Assembly (NCBI GenBank): GCA_963835525.1
Contig: CAWIFM010000007.1
Location: forward strand, 58,984-122,983
DNA: 64,000 nt
Direction: 5' to 3'
Origin: an uncultured Solirubrobacteraceae bacterium
Lineage (GTDB): Bacteria > Actinomycetota > Thermoleophilia > Solirubrobacterales > Solirubrobacteraceae
Under the pieces are notes generated by a model that worked only from the letters and a program-made list of their open reading frames with translations, was not told the DNA's origin and searched no databases. A program made the position numbers and the translations under genes. Position 1 is the stretch's first letter; every line of letters begins with the position of its first letter. Below, one piece after another: positions 48,497-56,874 of the stretch.

Positions 48497-50284
48497 ATGC
48501 CCCGATATACCCAGGACTCGCGCGAGCGGGTCCGCGACGCGGTCGACTTCGAGGAGCTGGTGGGCGCGCGGACGGAGCTGCGGCGGTCGGGGGCGCGGCG
48601 GTTGTCGGGCCTGTGCCCGTTCCACGAGGAGCGGACGCCGTCGTTCGGCATCGATCCCGTCGAGAAGCTCTACCACTGCTTCGGCTGCGGGACGGGCGGC
48701 GACGTCTTCTCGTTCGTGATGGAGACCGAGGGCTTGGACTTCGCCGGCGCTCTGGAGTCGCTGGCCGACCGCTACGGCGTCCAGCTCGAGCGCGAGGCCG
48801 AGGATCCGGCCGACGCGGCGCGGCGCGCCGCACGGGACCGGCTGATGGCGCTGCTGGAGCGCACGGCCGCCTACTACGTGCGGCTGCTGTGGGAGTCGCC
48901 GGAGGCGGGCCTCGCTCGCACGTACCTCGCGGAGCGAGGATTGGAGGAGGCGGCGCTGCGCGAGTACCGGGTCGGGTACTCGCCGGGCTCGTACGACCGG
49001 GTGGTCAGCGCCTCGGCGGCGGCGGGCTACACGCGCGAGGAGCTGCTCTCGTGCGGTCTCGCGCAGGAGCGGCGCGACGGCCGCGGGCTGATCGACCGCT
49101 TCCGCGGCCGGATCATGTTCCCGCTGTGCGACGAGCGCGGGCGGGTGCTCGGCTTCGGCGCGCGGGCGCTGCGGCCCGACGACAAGCCGAAGTACCTGAA
49201 CTCCTCCGACAACCTCGTCTTCCACAAGAACGAGGTGCTCTACGGGCTCGACCTCGCCCGCGCCCCCGCGGCGCGGGCCGGGCGGGTGGTGCTGGTCGAG
49301 GGCTACACCGATGCCGTCGCGCTGCGCCAGGCCGGCGTGGCCGAGGTGGTCGGCTCGATGGGCACGGCGCTGACCGAGCGCCAGGTGTCGGCTCTCGCGA
49401 GGGTGGCCCCGACCGCCCTGTTCTGCCAGGACCCCGACGCCGCCGGCCAGGAGGCGGTCTCGCGCAGCGTCACGGCGCTGCGCGATCTGAATCGCGTGCG
49501 AACGGGACGCGGCGTCGAGTTCCGCATCGTGCGGCTGCCGCCGGGCTCCGATCCCGCCGACGTCGTCCAGCGCGACGGGGCCGACGCCATGCGCGAGCTG
49601 CTCGAGCACGCGGTCCCGATCGCGCGCTTCGAGGTCGAGCGCGCGCTGGAGCGCGGCGACACCCGCAGCGCGGAGGGCCGCGACCACGTGCTCGAGCAGG
49701 CCGCGGCCGCGATCCGGCCACTGCCCCCGAGCGTCCTGCGCGAGGAGCTCGTCCAGCTCGTCGCCGGCCGGCTGGGGCTGACCGAGAGCCTCGTGGCGAG
49801 CGCGCTGGCCGCCGCCGCACCCTTGCGCGTCACGCGCCCCGCGCGCGAGGATCGCCCCGCCGGGCCGAACGGCGCGCGCGCAGCGCTCGACCGCCGCGAG
49901 CAGAGCGAGCGAGCCTTCCTCGCCTACTGCCTCGCGCTGCCCGAGGAGGGCGAGGCGCGACTTGCGGCGGCCGACCTCGACGAGCTGTTCTCCGCGCCCG
50001 CCACCCGCCGCGCCGCGGAGTACCTGCGCGGCCGCCTGCGCTCCCCTGCGGGCGAGCTCCCGGCCGGCGACGAGCCGCTGGCGCGGCTGGTCGCCGAGCT
50101 CGTCATCCGCGCCGGAGAGCTCGAGGCCACGCCCGCCAAGCTCGAGCTCGAGGCGCTCCAGCTCGACCTCCACAACCTCGACCGCCGCATCTCCACCGCC
50201 CGCACCGACGGCCACGAGCGCATCCACGACCTCGCCGCCGAGCGCCAGCAGGTCCTCGACGCGATCCGCCACCGCCTGAGCTAG
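48497..50284 (+). CDS. dnaG: DNA primase
   Basis: Zinc-binding CPFHEERTPSF...YHCFGCGTGGD, the RNA polymerase core, and the TOPRIM segment VLVEGYTDAVAL. ATG at 48497. Confidence 0.95.
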   Translation: MPRYTQDSRERVRDAVDFEELVGARTELRRSGARRLSGLCPFHEERTPSFGIDPVEKLYHCFGCGTGGDVFSFVMETEGLDFAGALESLADRYGVQLEREAEDPADAARRAARDRLMALLERTAAYYVRLLWESPEAGLARTYLAERGLEEAALREYRVGYSPGSYDRVVSASAAAGYTREELLSCGLAQERRDGRGLIDRFRGRIMFPLCDERGRVLGFGARALRPDDKPKYLNSSDNLVFHKNEVLYGLDLARAPAARAGRVVLVEGYTDAVALRQAGVAEVVGSMGTALTERQVSALARVAPTALFCQDPDAAGQEAVSRSVTALRDLNRVRTGRGVEFRIVRLPPGSDPADVVQRDGADAMRELLEHAVPIARFEVERALERGDTRSAEGRDHVLEQAAAAIRPLPPSVLREELVQLVAGRLGLTESLVASALAAAAPLRVTRPAREDRPAGPNGARAALDRREQSERAFLAYCLALPEEGEARLAAADLDELFSAPATRRAAEYLRGRLRSPAGELPAGDEPLARLVAELVIRAGELEATPAKLELEALQLDLHNLDRRISTARTDGHERIHDLAAERQQVLDAIRHRLS

Positions 50285-50525
50285 CTGTAGTTCCTGAGCA
50301 GGTTGTTCCTCCGGCTGCCCAAGCCCGACGGGCGAACGTCAACTGCGGCTGGGGAGGGGAGCTGGGAGGCCGGCGAGGGCGGTTTCCTCGAAGCGTCCTG
50401 CCCTGCGGTCGTCTGACGACCCTTAGCCAGGACGCTACGCCAAGACCGCCGCGCGGCCGGCTCCCCAGCCTCCCCACCCAGCCGCAGTTCGCCGATTGAA
50501 CAACGTGCTCGGTACTTACAGCTAG
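50281..50525. mobile_element. MITE-like 237-nt inverted-repeat element flanked by CTAG/CTAG
   Basis: Terminal inverted repeats CTGTAGTTCCTGAGCAGGTTGTTC (50285-308) and GAACAACGTGCTCGGTACTTACAG (50498-521) match at 19 of 24 positions. The interior is also largely self-complementary (e.g. AACTGCGGCTGGGG / CCCCACCCAGCCGCAGTT) and centres on GGTCGTC-T-GACGACC at 50407-21. It is flanked by direct CTAG (50281-84 and 50522-25). There is no coding potential. Copy number is unknown. Confidence 0.45.
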
Positions 50526-50724
50526 CGGACGCCCGGCAAGCCGGTGTGCGGGTCCTTCGGGCCTACGACCTCGACGATCACGTCGCCGTAGATCGTCCAG
50601 CCCGGAGGGTGCGGAGCCGGCGGGCGCGAGGTGGAGCGGTTCATGAGCGGTACGACCCACAACCCGCCGCAGAGGTTGGGAATTTGCAGCGACTCCGTCC
50701 GGCACACGAACTAGTGTTCGGGTC

Positions 50725-51455
50725 ATGGAGTCACCCTGGCTGGCATCGCAACTGGAGGCGGGCCGCTCGATCGAGTCGATCGCCCGCGATACCGGCAAGA
50801 GCGTCTCGACGGTCGCGTACTGGGTCAACAAGCACGGCCTGTCGTCCCAGCACGCATCGAAGCACGCGGCGCGCGGCGGGATCGACCGTGTCGAGCTCGA
50901 GGCGATGGTCGGACTCGGGATGCCGATCCGCGCGATGGCCGACCAACTCGGCGTCGGCTACACCACCGTGCGGCACTGGCTGAAGCACCACGGTCTCACC
51001 ACGCCACGCGCGCGTCGACTCGCCGAGACGGCGGAGGCGCGGGCGACCGGCGCCGACACGGCGAGCGGCTCCTGTCCGCGGCACGGACTCGTGACGTTCG
51101 TCCGTCGCGGCCCCGACGGGTTTCGCTGTCAGCGCTGCCGGACCGAAGCCGTGGACCGGCGGCGGCGCAAGATCAAGCGCATCCTGGTCGCCGAGGCGGG
51201 CGGCGCTTGCGTCGAGTGCGGCTACTCACGGACGCTGGCTGCGCTGCACTTCCACCACCTCGATCCGGCGCAGAAGTCCTTCGGTCTCGGCGAGCGCGGC
51301 GTGACGCTCTCCTTGGAGGCCGCCCGAGCCGAGGCCGCCAAGTGCGTGCTGCTCTGCGCCACGTGTCACGCCGAGGTCGAACTGGGCGTCAAGCGGCTAC
51401 CCTGTCGGCCGATGACCCGTGGAGATGCCGCGGTGGTCCGCCGGTCATCGTGCCT

Positions 51456-51465
<10 letters not shown>
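50725..51465 (+). CDS. HNH endonuclease-domain protein with two tandem HTH-like repeats
   Basis: Repeats SIESIARDTGKSVSTVAYWVNKHGLSS and PIRAMADQLGVGYTTVRHWLKHHGLTT. Cys clusters CPRHG...CQRC and CVECG. HNH core LHFHHLDP...LLCATCHAEVE. The last 10 nt overlap tRNA-Asn. Confidence 0.75.
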
Positions 51466-51528
<63 letters not shown>

Positions 51529-51534
51529 CTTGAG

Positions 51535-51558
51535 GAACGCCCGCCTGCGCGGGCGTTC
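51535..51558 (+). terminator. stem-loop terminator after tRNA-Asn
   Basis: Perfect 10-bp stem GAACGCCCGC / GCGGGCGUUC with loop CUGC, followed by GCCGUUUGCC (a weak U tract). Confidence 0.6.
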
Positions 51559-51602
51559 GCCGTTTGCCGGCCAAATCGGTCCGGCGTAGCCTCGCGGGTG
51601 AC

Positions 51603-51899
51603 ATGTGGACACTCGCCGCGCTCGCGTTCGCGTGTGTCGCCATCTACGTCTGCTCGCAGGTGGGCGTTCTGGCGTGGGTGCTCGATCTCTCGGCGAAGGA
51701 TCAGGGAGCGTTGTTCGGCTTGGCCCTTGTACTCCTCTCGATCGTCTTGCTCACGCTTCGCGCTCGCACCGCTGCGCTTGCGCGAGGCACGCGCCGGCGC
51801 GTCCATCGCTTCAGGTACCGCAACCTGCCCCAGGGGCAAGGGCGACGCGGCCGTGAGCGAGAAGTACGCCGAAGGGTCAGGCGGGCAAGGCGCCGCTGA
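51603..51899 (+). CDS. small hypothetical membrane protein (Arg-rich tail)
   Basis: MWTLAALAFACVAIYVCSQVGVLAWVL...LFGLALVLLSIVLLTL gives two TM segments. Third-position GC is lower than in the rest of the window, so it is weakly supported. Confidence 0.3.
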   Translation: MWTLAALAFACVAIYVCSQVGVLAWVLDLSAKDQGALFGLALVLLSIVLLTLRARTAALARGTRRRVHRFRYRNLPQGQGRRGREREVRRRVRRARRR

Positions 51900-51917
51900 G
51901 ACCGGCCTTCGCCGGCG

Positions 51918-52466
51918 TCACAAGGCTCGGAAGAGCTGGACGACGTGCGCGTCGATGGAGTCGGCGCCGATGGCGCGGGCCACGGACACCCGGTGGTGGC
52001 CGTCTCGCAGGTAGTGGAGGTCGTCGACTCGGTAGACGGAGACCGGAGGCAGCGGCGTTCCGCGCTGGGCTGTGACGTACAGCTGCCTCCAGCGCTCGCG
52101 GCTCCACTGGGGAGGGCGGAGCTCGCGGTCGAACGCCGCTGCCTTGTGGGGGTCGGTGGTGCCGGCGATCGAGGCGACCGCGATCGCCTGGACGCCGAGC
52201 CGGCTGCGCGGGGCGACCGCGGCCCAGCCCATGTCGTCGGCCAGATACGCGAGCGGCACGGTGCGACGGCGGCGGAGGCCGCCGCGGCGCTCGCGCATGA
52301 GCTTCGCGAACGCCTGGTCGGCGCTGACCGAGTTCGTCCCGGCGCGGTCGAGCAGGTGGTCGACGGCGAGCAGTCCCGCGGTGAAGGCGAGGAGGAAGCC
52401 GGGAATGCCGCCGGCCAGCACGGCGCCGCCCGCGAGGCCGATAGGGAGGAGGGAGCGTGCCGTCAT
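51918..52466 (-). CDS. membrane-anchored ParB/Srx-fold (ParB-like nuclease) domain protein
   Basis: N-terminal hydrophobic segments (LLPIGLAGGAVLAGGIPGFLLAFTAGLLAV). The C-terminal VYRVDDLHYLRDGHHRVSVARAIGADSIDAHV contains the DGHHR motif characteristic of ParB N-terminal/sulfiredoxin-like domains. Confidence 0.6.
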   Translation of the reverse strand: MTARSLLPIGLAGGAVLAGGIPGFLLAFTAGLLAVDHLLDRAGTNSVSADQAFAKLMRERRGGLRRRRTVPLAYLADDMGWAAVAPRSRLGVQAIAVASIAGTTDPHKAAAFDRELRPPQWSRERWRQLYVTAQRGTPLPPVSVYRVDDLHYLRDGHHRVSVARAIGADSIDAHVVQLFRAL

Positions 52467-52502
52467 ACCCCTTCCTCGCCGCGGAGCCGCAAGATGTGAC
52501 GC

Positions 52503-53486
52503 ATGAAAGAGCAGCTTCGGGCCTTCACCTATGACCGCCAGCAGCTCGGGCAGGCCGCGCCCGATGCCGCCCGCGCGCTCAGCGACGTCATCGCCGTCTA
52601 CAGCTCACACCCGTCCGCGCCGCTCTCGCTGCACGCCCGAGCAAAGAAGATCACCGCGGCCCAGTTCCGCAAGCTCGACGTCCTGCGCCTGCCCGCCATG
52701 CGCATGTCGATCCACCTGCTGCCCGCCAAGACGGCGCACCTCGCGTTCCGCGCGACGCCCGCCCCGCCGGCCGACCGCAAGAAGCGGATGAAGCACTTCA
52801 AGTTCACCGACAAGCGCTACGAGGAGCTGCGAGCCCAGATCCTGGAGGCGGCCACCGAGCCGCTCACCCTCCCCGAGCTGCGCGCGAAGGTCGGAGCCGA
52901 GCCAAACGAATTCAAGGGCATCTCCGCGCAGATGACCCGCGACGGCGAGCTCCTGCGCATCGGCGCCAAGGGCCTGCGCTCGAACGAGCTCGCCTACGTT
53001 GCCAACGAGCTCGACCAAGCCGACGCTGACGAGGCCCTGGCCTGGCTCGCCGGCGAGTACCTGCGCGCCTTCGGGCCGATCCGCGTCAAGGACTTCACGT
53101 GGTGGGCGGGAGTGACCGCGACCCGCGCCAAGCAGGCGCTCGCGGAGCACGACACCGAGGAGCTCGACGGCGGCCTGCTGATCCGCGCCGAGGACCGCAA
53201 GCCTTTCGGCAAGGCGAAGAAGCCGAGCGGCGTCGACCTGCTCCCCAAGTGGGACTGCTACACGATGGGCTACGCGCCCGACGGGCGCGACCGCTTCGCC
53301 GAGCCGGACGTGGTCAAGCAGTGCTACGACTTCCGCGGCGACGGGCGTCCGGTGATCCTCGTCGACGGCCAGGCGGCGGGAACGTGGGAGAGGGGCGAGG
53401 TCGAGCTGTTCGACAAGGCGACGCCCAAGCTGCGCAAGGCGATCGACGAGCGCCTTGACGCCGTCAGGGCGTTCCTGGACTCGTAG
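52503..53486 (+). CDS. winged-helix DNA-binding domain protein, AlkZ-like (HTH_42/DUF1006) putative DNA glycosylase
   Basis: 327 aa. Pattern LRAFTYDRQQLG...VYSSHPSAPLSLHAR...LRLPAMRMSIHLL... and C-terminal ...GRPVILVDGQAAGTWE, typical of the 'winged helix DNA-binding domain-containing' (AlkZ) family. Confidence 0.75.
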   Translation: MKEQLRAFTYDRQQLGQAAPDAARALSDVIAVYSSHPSAPLSLHARAKKITAAQFRKLDVLRLPAMRMSIHLLPAKTAHLAFRATPAPPADRKKRMKHFKFTDKRYEELRAQILEAATEPLTLPELRAKVGAEPNEFKGISAQMTRDGELLRIGAKGLRSNELAYVANELDQADADEALAWLAGEYLRAFGPIRVKDFTWWAGVTATRAKQALAEHDTEELDGGLLIRAEDRKPFGKAKKPSGVDLLPKWDCYTMGYAPDGRDRFAEPDVVKQCYDFRGDGRPVILVDGQAAGTWERGEVELFDKATPKLRKAIDERLDAVRAFLDS

Positions 53487-54636
53487 CTGCCCAGCGCTCG
53501 ATCTCCACGCACGCCCGCGTCCGCGCGTCGTGGGAGGCGATCCAGCGCGCGACCGCCTCGACCGGCCCGCGTGAGAGCCCGAGCGCCCGCCGCACCGCCA
53601 GCCGCACGCCACGCGGTGTGCAGAACCGCATCGGCAGCCGCACGCCGACGCCCGCCCAGTCGGCCCGCGCCGCGTTCTCGGCCATGTCCCCGCCGGCCGG
53701 CGAGACCACCACCCGGCAGCCGCACGACAGCGCCCGCATCAAGGTCCCGTGGCCGCCGTGGGTGATCACCACGTCGCAGGCCGGCATCGTCCCCGAGTAC
53801 GACAGCCACGGCACCACGACGGCGTTCCCGGGCGCCGGGAGCGAAGCCTCGCGGCCGTTCCAGGTGGCGATCACGCGCACGGGCTCGCCCGCCAGGCCCT
53901 CCAGGGCCGCCCTCAGCAGCCGGTGCGAGGGATCCTGGGCCGTCGACGGCGCCACCAGCACCACCGGGCCGGAACCGCCAGGCGGCGCCACCGGCGACGA
54001 CGGCGGCTCCCACAGCAGCGGCCCCACCACGCGGACCCACGACGGCCAGTCGCGCGGGTACTCGAGCTGCGGCGCCGTGGCCACCAGCGCCAGCGACCGC
54101 GAGATGCCGGTGTGGACGTACGGCAGCGGTCCGAGGCCCAGCCGCGCCCGGCACTCGTTGTACTCCCGCCGCCCGCGCTCGAGCCCGCGCGCGATGAGCG
54201 GGTCGAACGCGCGCCAGAGCGGCGTCCGCGGCAGCCGCGCCCCGATCGAGTACGGCGCGAAGCCCGGCGGCAGGTGCGGGTACAGGTGCGGCACCAGGGT
54301 CGCCACGGGCACGCCCTCGAGCTCCGCGGCCAGCGCCGGCGCCGGGGTCAGGATGTCCGACACCGCCACGTCGGGCGCGAACGATCGCACCACCGGCCGC
54401 GTCTCCGCCGCCGCTCGCACCGCGGCCGCGTACGGCTGCAGCGGCCGCTCCGACGTGGGGAAGACCTGGTACTCGGGCGCCGCCGCGAACTCCATCCCGG
54501 CCGCCTCGGCCGGCTCCTGCCACCGCCGCCACGTCTGCAGCGCCACGGAATGGCCCCGCGCCACCAGCGCCTCGCCCAACGCGAGCATCGGGAACGCGTG
54601 ACCCGGATCGCCGAAGGCGCCGAGGAGGACCTTCAA
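53464..54636 (-). CDS. GT1-family glycosyltransferase (MGT/UDP-glycosyltransferase-like)
   Basis: LKVLLGAFGDPGHAFPMLALGEAL (N-terminal acceptor domain) and VITHGGHGTLMRALSCGCRVVVSP (C-terminal UDP-sugar motif). The TTG start at 54636 overlaps the upstream stop (TTGA). Confidence 0.85.
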   Translation of the reverse strand: MKVLLGAFGDPGHAFPMLALGEALVARGHSVALQTWRRWQEPAEAAGMEFAAAPEYQVFPTSERPLQPYAAAVRAAAETRPVVRSFAPDVAVSDILTPAPALAAELEGVPVATLVPHLYPHLPPGFAPYSIGARLPRTPLWRAFDPLIARGLERGRREYNECRARLGLGPLPYVHTGISRSLALVATAPQLEYPRDWPSWVRVVGPLLWEPPSSPVAPPGGSGPVVLVAPSTAQDPSHRLLRAALEGLAGEPVRVIATWNGREASLPAPGNAVVVPWLSYSGTMPACDVVITHGGHGTLMRALSCGCRVVVSPAGGDMAENAARADWAGVGVRLPMRFCTPRGVRLAVRRALGLSRGPVEAVARWIASHDARTRACVEIERWAATSPGTP

Positions 54637-55673
54637 GCGGCGAGCTCGGCGACGAGCTGGAGCTGGCGCAGACGGTCCTCGAACGTCCACGCCATCGGCG
54701 AGACCATCAGCGTCCCGACCCCCGCGTCGCGGAACACCCCCAGGCGCTCGCGCACCACGTCCGGCGGCCCGCACAGCGACACGGTGTCGATCAGCTCCTC
54801 GGGCAGCGCCGCCGCCGCCTCGTCGCGCTTGCCCTCCAGGTAGAGGTCCTGCACCTCGCGCGCCGCGTCCTCGAACCCGTAGCGCTGCACCAGCGCGTTG
54901 TAGAAGTTCTTGTCGCGCGACCCCATGCCGCCCACGTACAGCGCCACGTAGGGCCGCATCGCGTCACGCGCTGCGGCCACGTCGTCGGTCACGAACACGT
55001 TCACGGTGGGCGCGATCTCGAAGTCGTCGAACCCCTTGCCGTTGCCCGCGCGCGCGAAGCCCTCCTCCAACAGCGGCCGGAACTCGGCCACGTGCTCGGG
55101 GGAGAAGAGCGTCGGGATCCAGCCGTCGGCGATCTCCGCCGCCAGCGTGGTGTTCTTCGGCCCGATGGCGGCCAGGAACACCGGGATCCGCTCCTGCACC
55201 GGCGCGATCGTCAGCTTCAGCGCCTTCCCCGGTCCGTCCGGCAGCGGCAGCTCCAAGGTCTCACCCTTGTACGACACGCGCTCGCGAGACAGCGCCATCC
55301 GCACCACCTCGACGTACTCGCGCGTGCGCTGGAGCTGCTTGCCGAAGCGCTGCCCGTGCCAGCCCTCGGCCACCTGCGGCCCGGACGAGCCAATGCCGAG
55401 GATCATCCGCCCGCCGGAGAGCTGATCCAGCGTGGCGGCGGTCATCGCCGTCATCGCCGCGGAGCGCCCGGGCATCTGGAAGATCGCCGAACCCAGCCGG
55501 ATGCGAGAGGTCGCCTGGGCGAGCCAGCCGAGGATGGTCGCCGCGTCGGAGCCGTAGGCCTCTGCGGTCCACACCGAGTCGTAGCCGAGCCGCTCGGCCT
55601 CCTGCACCAGAGCGAGCTGGTCGTCGGCCGACAGGCCGAGACCCCAGTAACCGACGTGCACGCCGAGCTTCAC
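54633..55673 (-). CDS. LLM class F420-dependent oxidoreductase
   Basis: VKLGVHVGYWGLG...GYDSVWTAEAYGSDA...GRMILGIGSSGPQV, the luciferase-like monooxygenase fold. GTG start at 55673. Confidence 0.85.
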   Translation of the reverse strand: MKLGVHVGYWGLGLSADDQLALVQEAERLGYDSVWTAEAYGSDAATILGWLAQATSRIRLGSAIFQMPGRSAAMTAMTAATLDQLSGGRMILGIGSSGPQVAEGWHGQRFGKQLQRTREYVEVVRMALSRERVSYKGETLELPLPDGPGKALKLTIAPVQERIPVFLAAIGPKNTTLAAEIADGWIPTLFSPEHVAEFRPLLEEGFARAGNGKGFDDFEIAPTVNVFVTDDVAAARDAMRPYVALYVGGMGSRDKNFYNALVQRYGFEDAAREVQDLYLEGKRDEAAAALPEELIDTVSLCGPPDVVRERLGVFRDAGVGTLMVSPMAWTFEDRLRQLQLVAELAA

Positions 55674-55687
55674 GGCGGGCGAAGCTA

Positions 55688-56062
55688 TCAGGAGGTGGCG
55701 CCGATGCGATCCACCAGGCGCAGCAGATGCAGAGGCGAGAAGGGCTTCGTGAGGAAGAGATCGGCGCCCGCCGCCAGCGCGCCGCGCTCGGCCTGCGGCC
55801 CCGACGCGCCGGTGAGCATCACTATCGTCGCGCCCGCCGTGGCGGGGTCCGAGCGCAGCCGCCGGCACGCCTCGATCCCGTTCAGCTGCGGCATGTCGAC
55901 GTCGAGGAAGACGATCTCCGGCCGCGCCTCGACCGCCACGGCCACCGCCTCGGCGCCGTCGGCCGCCTCCTGCAGCCGGTAGCCGGACACGTCCTCGAGC
56001 GTCGTGGCGATCAGCTTGCGGATCCCGGGATCGTCGTCGACGATCAGGATCGTCCGGGTCAC
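55688..56062 (-). CDS. single-domain response regulator (CheY-like receiver)
   Basis: ILIVDDDPGIRKL..., phosphoacceptor context IVFLDVDMPQLNG, then MLTG and FLTKPF. The GTG start at 56062 overlaps the HD-GYP stop (GTGA). Confidence 0.85.
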   Translation of the reverse strand: MTRTILIVDDDPGIRKLIATTLEDVSGYRLQEAADGAEAVAVAVEARPEIVFLDVDMPQLNGIEACRRLRSDPATAGATIVMLTGASGPQAERGALAAGADLFLTKPFSPLHLLRLVDRIGATS

Positions 56063-56811
56063 GCGACCCCGTCCCGCAGGGCCGCGAACCGCGAGTCCGG
56101 GATCGTTTCGAGGGCCTTGACCACCGCGGGGTCGAACTGCGAGCCGGAGCACGCGCGAATCTCCTCACGCGCGCGAGAGAAGCGCGTGCCGCGGCGGTAC
56201 GGCCGGTCGGTGGTGAGGGCGTCGAGCGCGTCGGCCACGGCGAAGACGCGCGCCGCGAGCGGGATCTCCTCGCCGGCCAGCCGGTCGGGGTAGCCGGCCC
56301 CGTCCCAGCGCTCGTGGTGGTGGCGCACCACCAGCTTGCCCTCGCCGAGGAAGTCGACGTCGCGCAGGATGTCCGAGCCGATGATCGGGTGCTGGGCGAT
56401 CAGGGCGAACTCGGACTCGTCGAGCTTGGCCGGCTTGAAGAGGATCGCGTCGGGCACCGCGACCTTGCCGACGTCGTGCAGCAGGAAGCCGAACTCGATG
56501 CCGGGCGCGAGGTCCGTGTCCAGACCCGAGGCCCGGGCGAGCGCGATCCCGTAGGCGGTCACGCGCTCGGCGTGCTTGCCGGTGTAGGCGTCGCGCGCCT
56601 CGACCGCGTTCGAGAGCGCCTGGACCGTGGCCCGATAGGAGTTGCGCAGCTCGAGCGAGCGGTTGCGCTCCTGCTTGAAGACCTCGCGCAGGTCCGCGGC
56701 GTAGCGCTCCAGCTGGCGCTGGCGGGCGGCCGCCTGTCGCTCCGTGCGCTCAAGCTGCTCACGGAGGTCTCCGGTGTCTATAGCTGTCACCTCGATAGCC
56801 CGTCCTACCAA
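56059..56811 (-). CDS. HD-GYP domain protein (putative c-di-GMP phosphodiesterase) with N-terminal coiled coil
   Basis: HAERV...LLHDVGKVAVP...HHERWDGAGYPDRL...ADALDALTTDRPYR, the full HD-GYP signature. No receiver domain is present. The start is TTG 56811 or GTG 56790. Confidence 0.85.
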   Translation of the reverse strand: MVGRAIEVTAIDTGDLREQLERTERQAAARQRQLERYAADLREVFKQERNRSLELRNSYRATVQALSNAVEARDAYTGKHAERVTAYGIALARASGLDTDLAPGIEFGFLLHDVGKVAVPDAILFKPAKLDESEFALIAQHPIIGSDILRDVDFLGEGKLVVRHHHERWDGAGYPDRLAGEEIPLAARVFAVADALDALTTDRPYRRGTRFSRAREEIRACSGSQFDPAVVKALETIPDSRFAALRDGVA

Positions 56812-56874
56812 CGCGTTGTCAAGCGTACTGCCAGATAGAACGCTGGTGTGAGCGTTTGATTGCGGTGTTGCGCG

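Noticed and set aside
44517-48833. 1438-aa ORF on the minus strand. Similar very long antisense ORFs occur at 33..1865, 14222..16174, 21426..23345, 32301..35195, 58580..60145 and 61929..63623.
   Set aside because: All lie antisense to genes with unmistakable conserved motifs (ppdK/dgt/dnaG, pilN/O, recN and others). Their translations are Arg/Ala/Pro/Gly-rich low-complexity strings with no domain signatures. Stop-codon-poor antisense frames are expected in DNA this GC-rich.
50103-50831. 242-aa minus-strand ORF spanning the dnaG 3' end, the MITE-like element and the HNH gene start.
   Set aside because: It crosses a self-complementary non-coding element and overlaps two well-supported genes, and its translation is low complexity. 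Only its last part (50522-50644/50707) has coding-like codon usage, and that part is mentioned only as a possible small ORF in the MITE finding.
51529-53600. Searched downstream of tRNA-Asn for a direct repeat of the tRNA 3' end (attL/attR-type) that would delimit an integrated island.
   Set aside because: No repeat of GGTTCGAGTCCCACCCCCCGA, or a substantial part of it, was seen by eye in the following ~2 kb. No integrase gene is present either, so a classical integrative element cannot be claimed.
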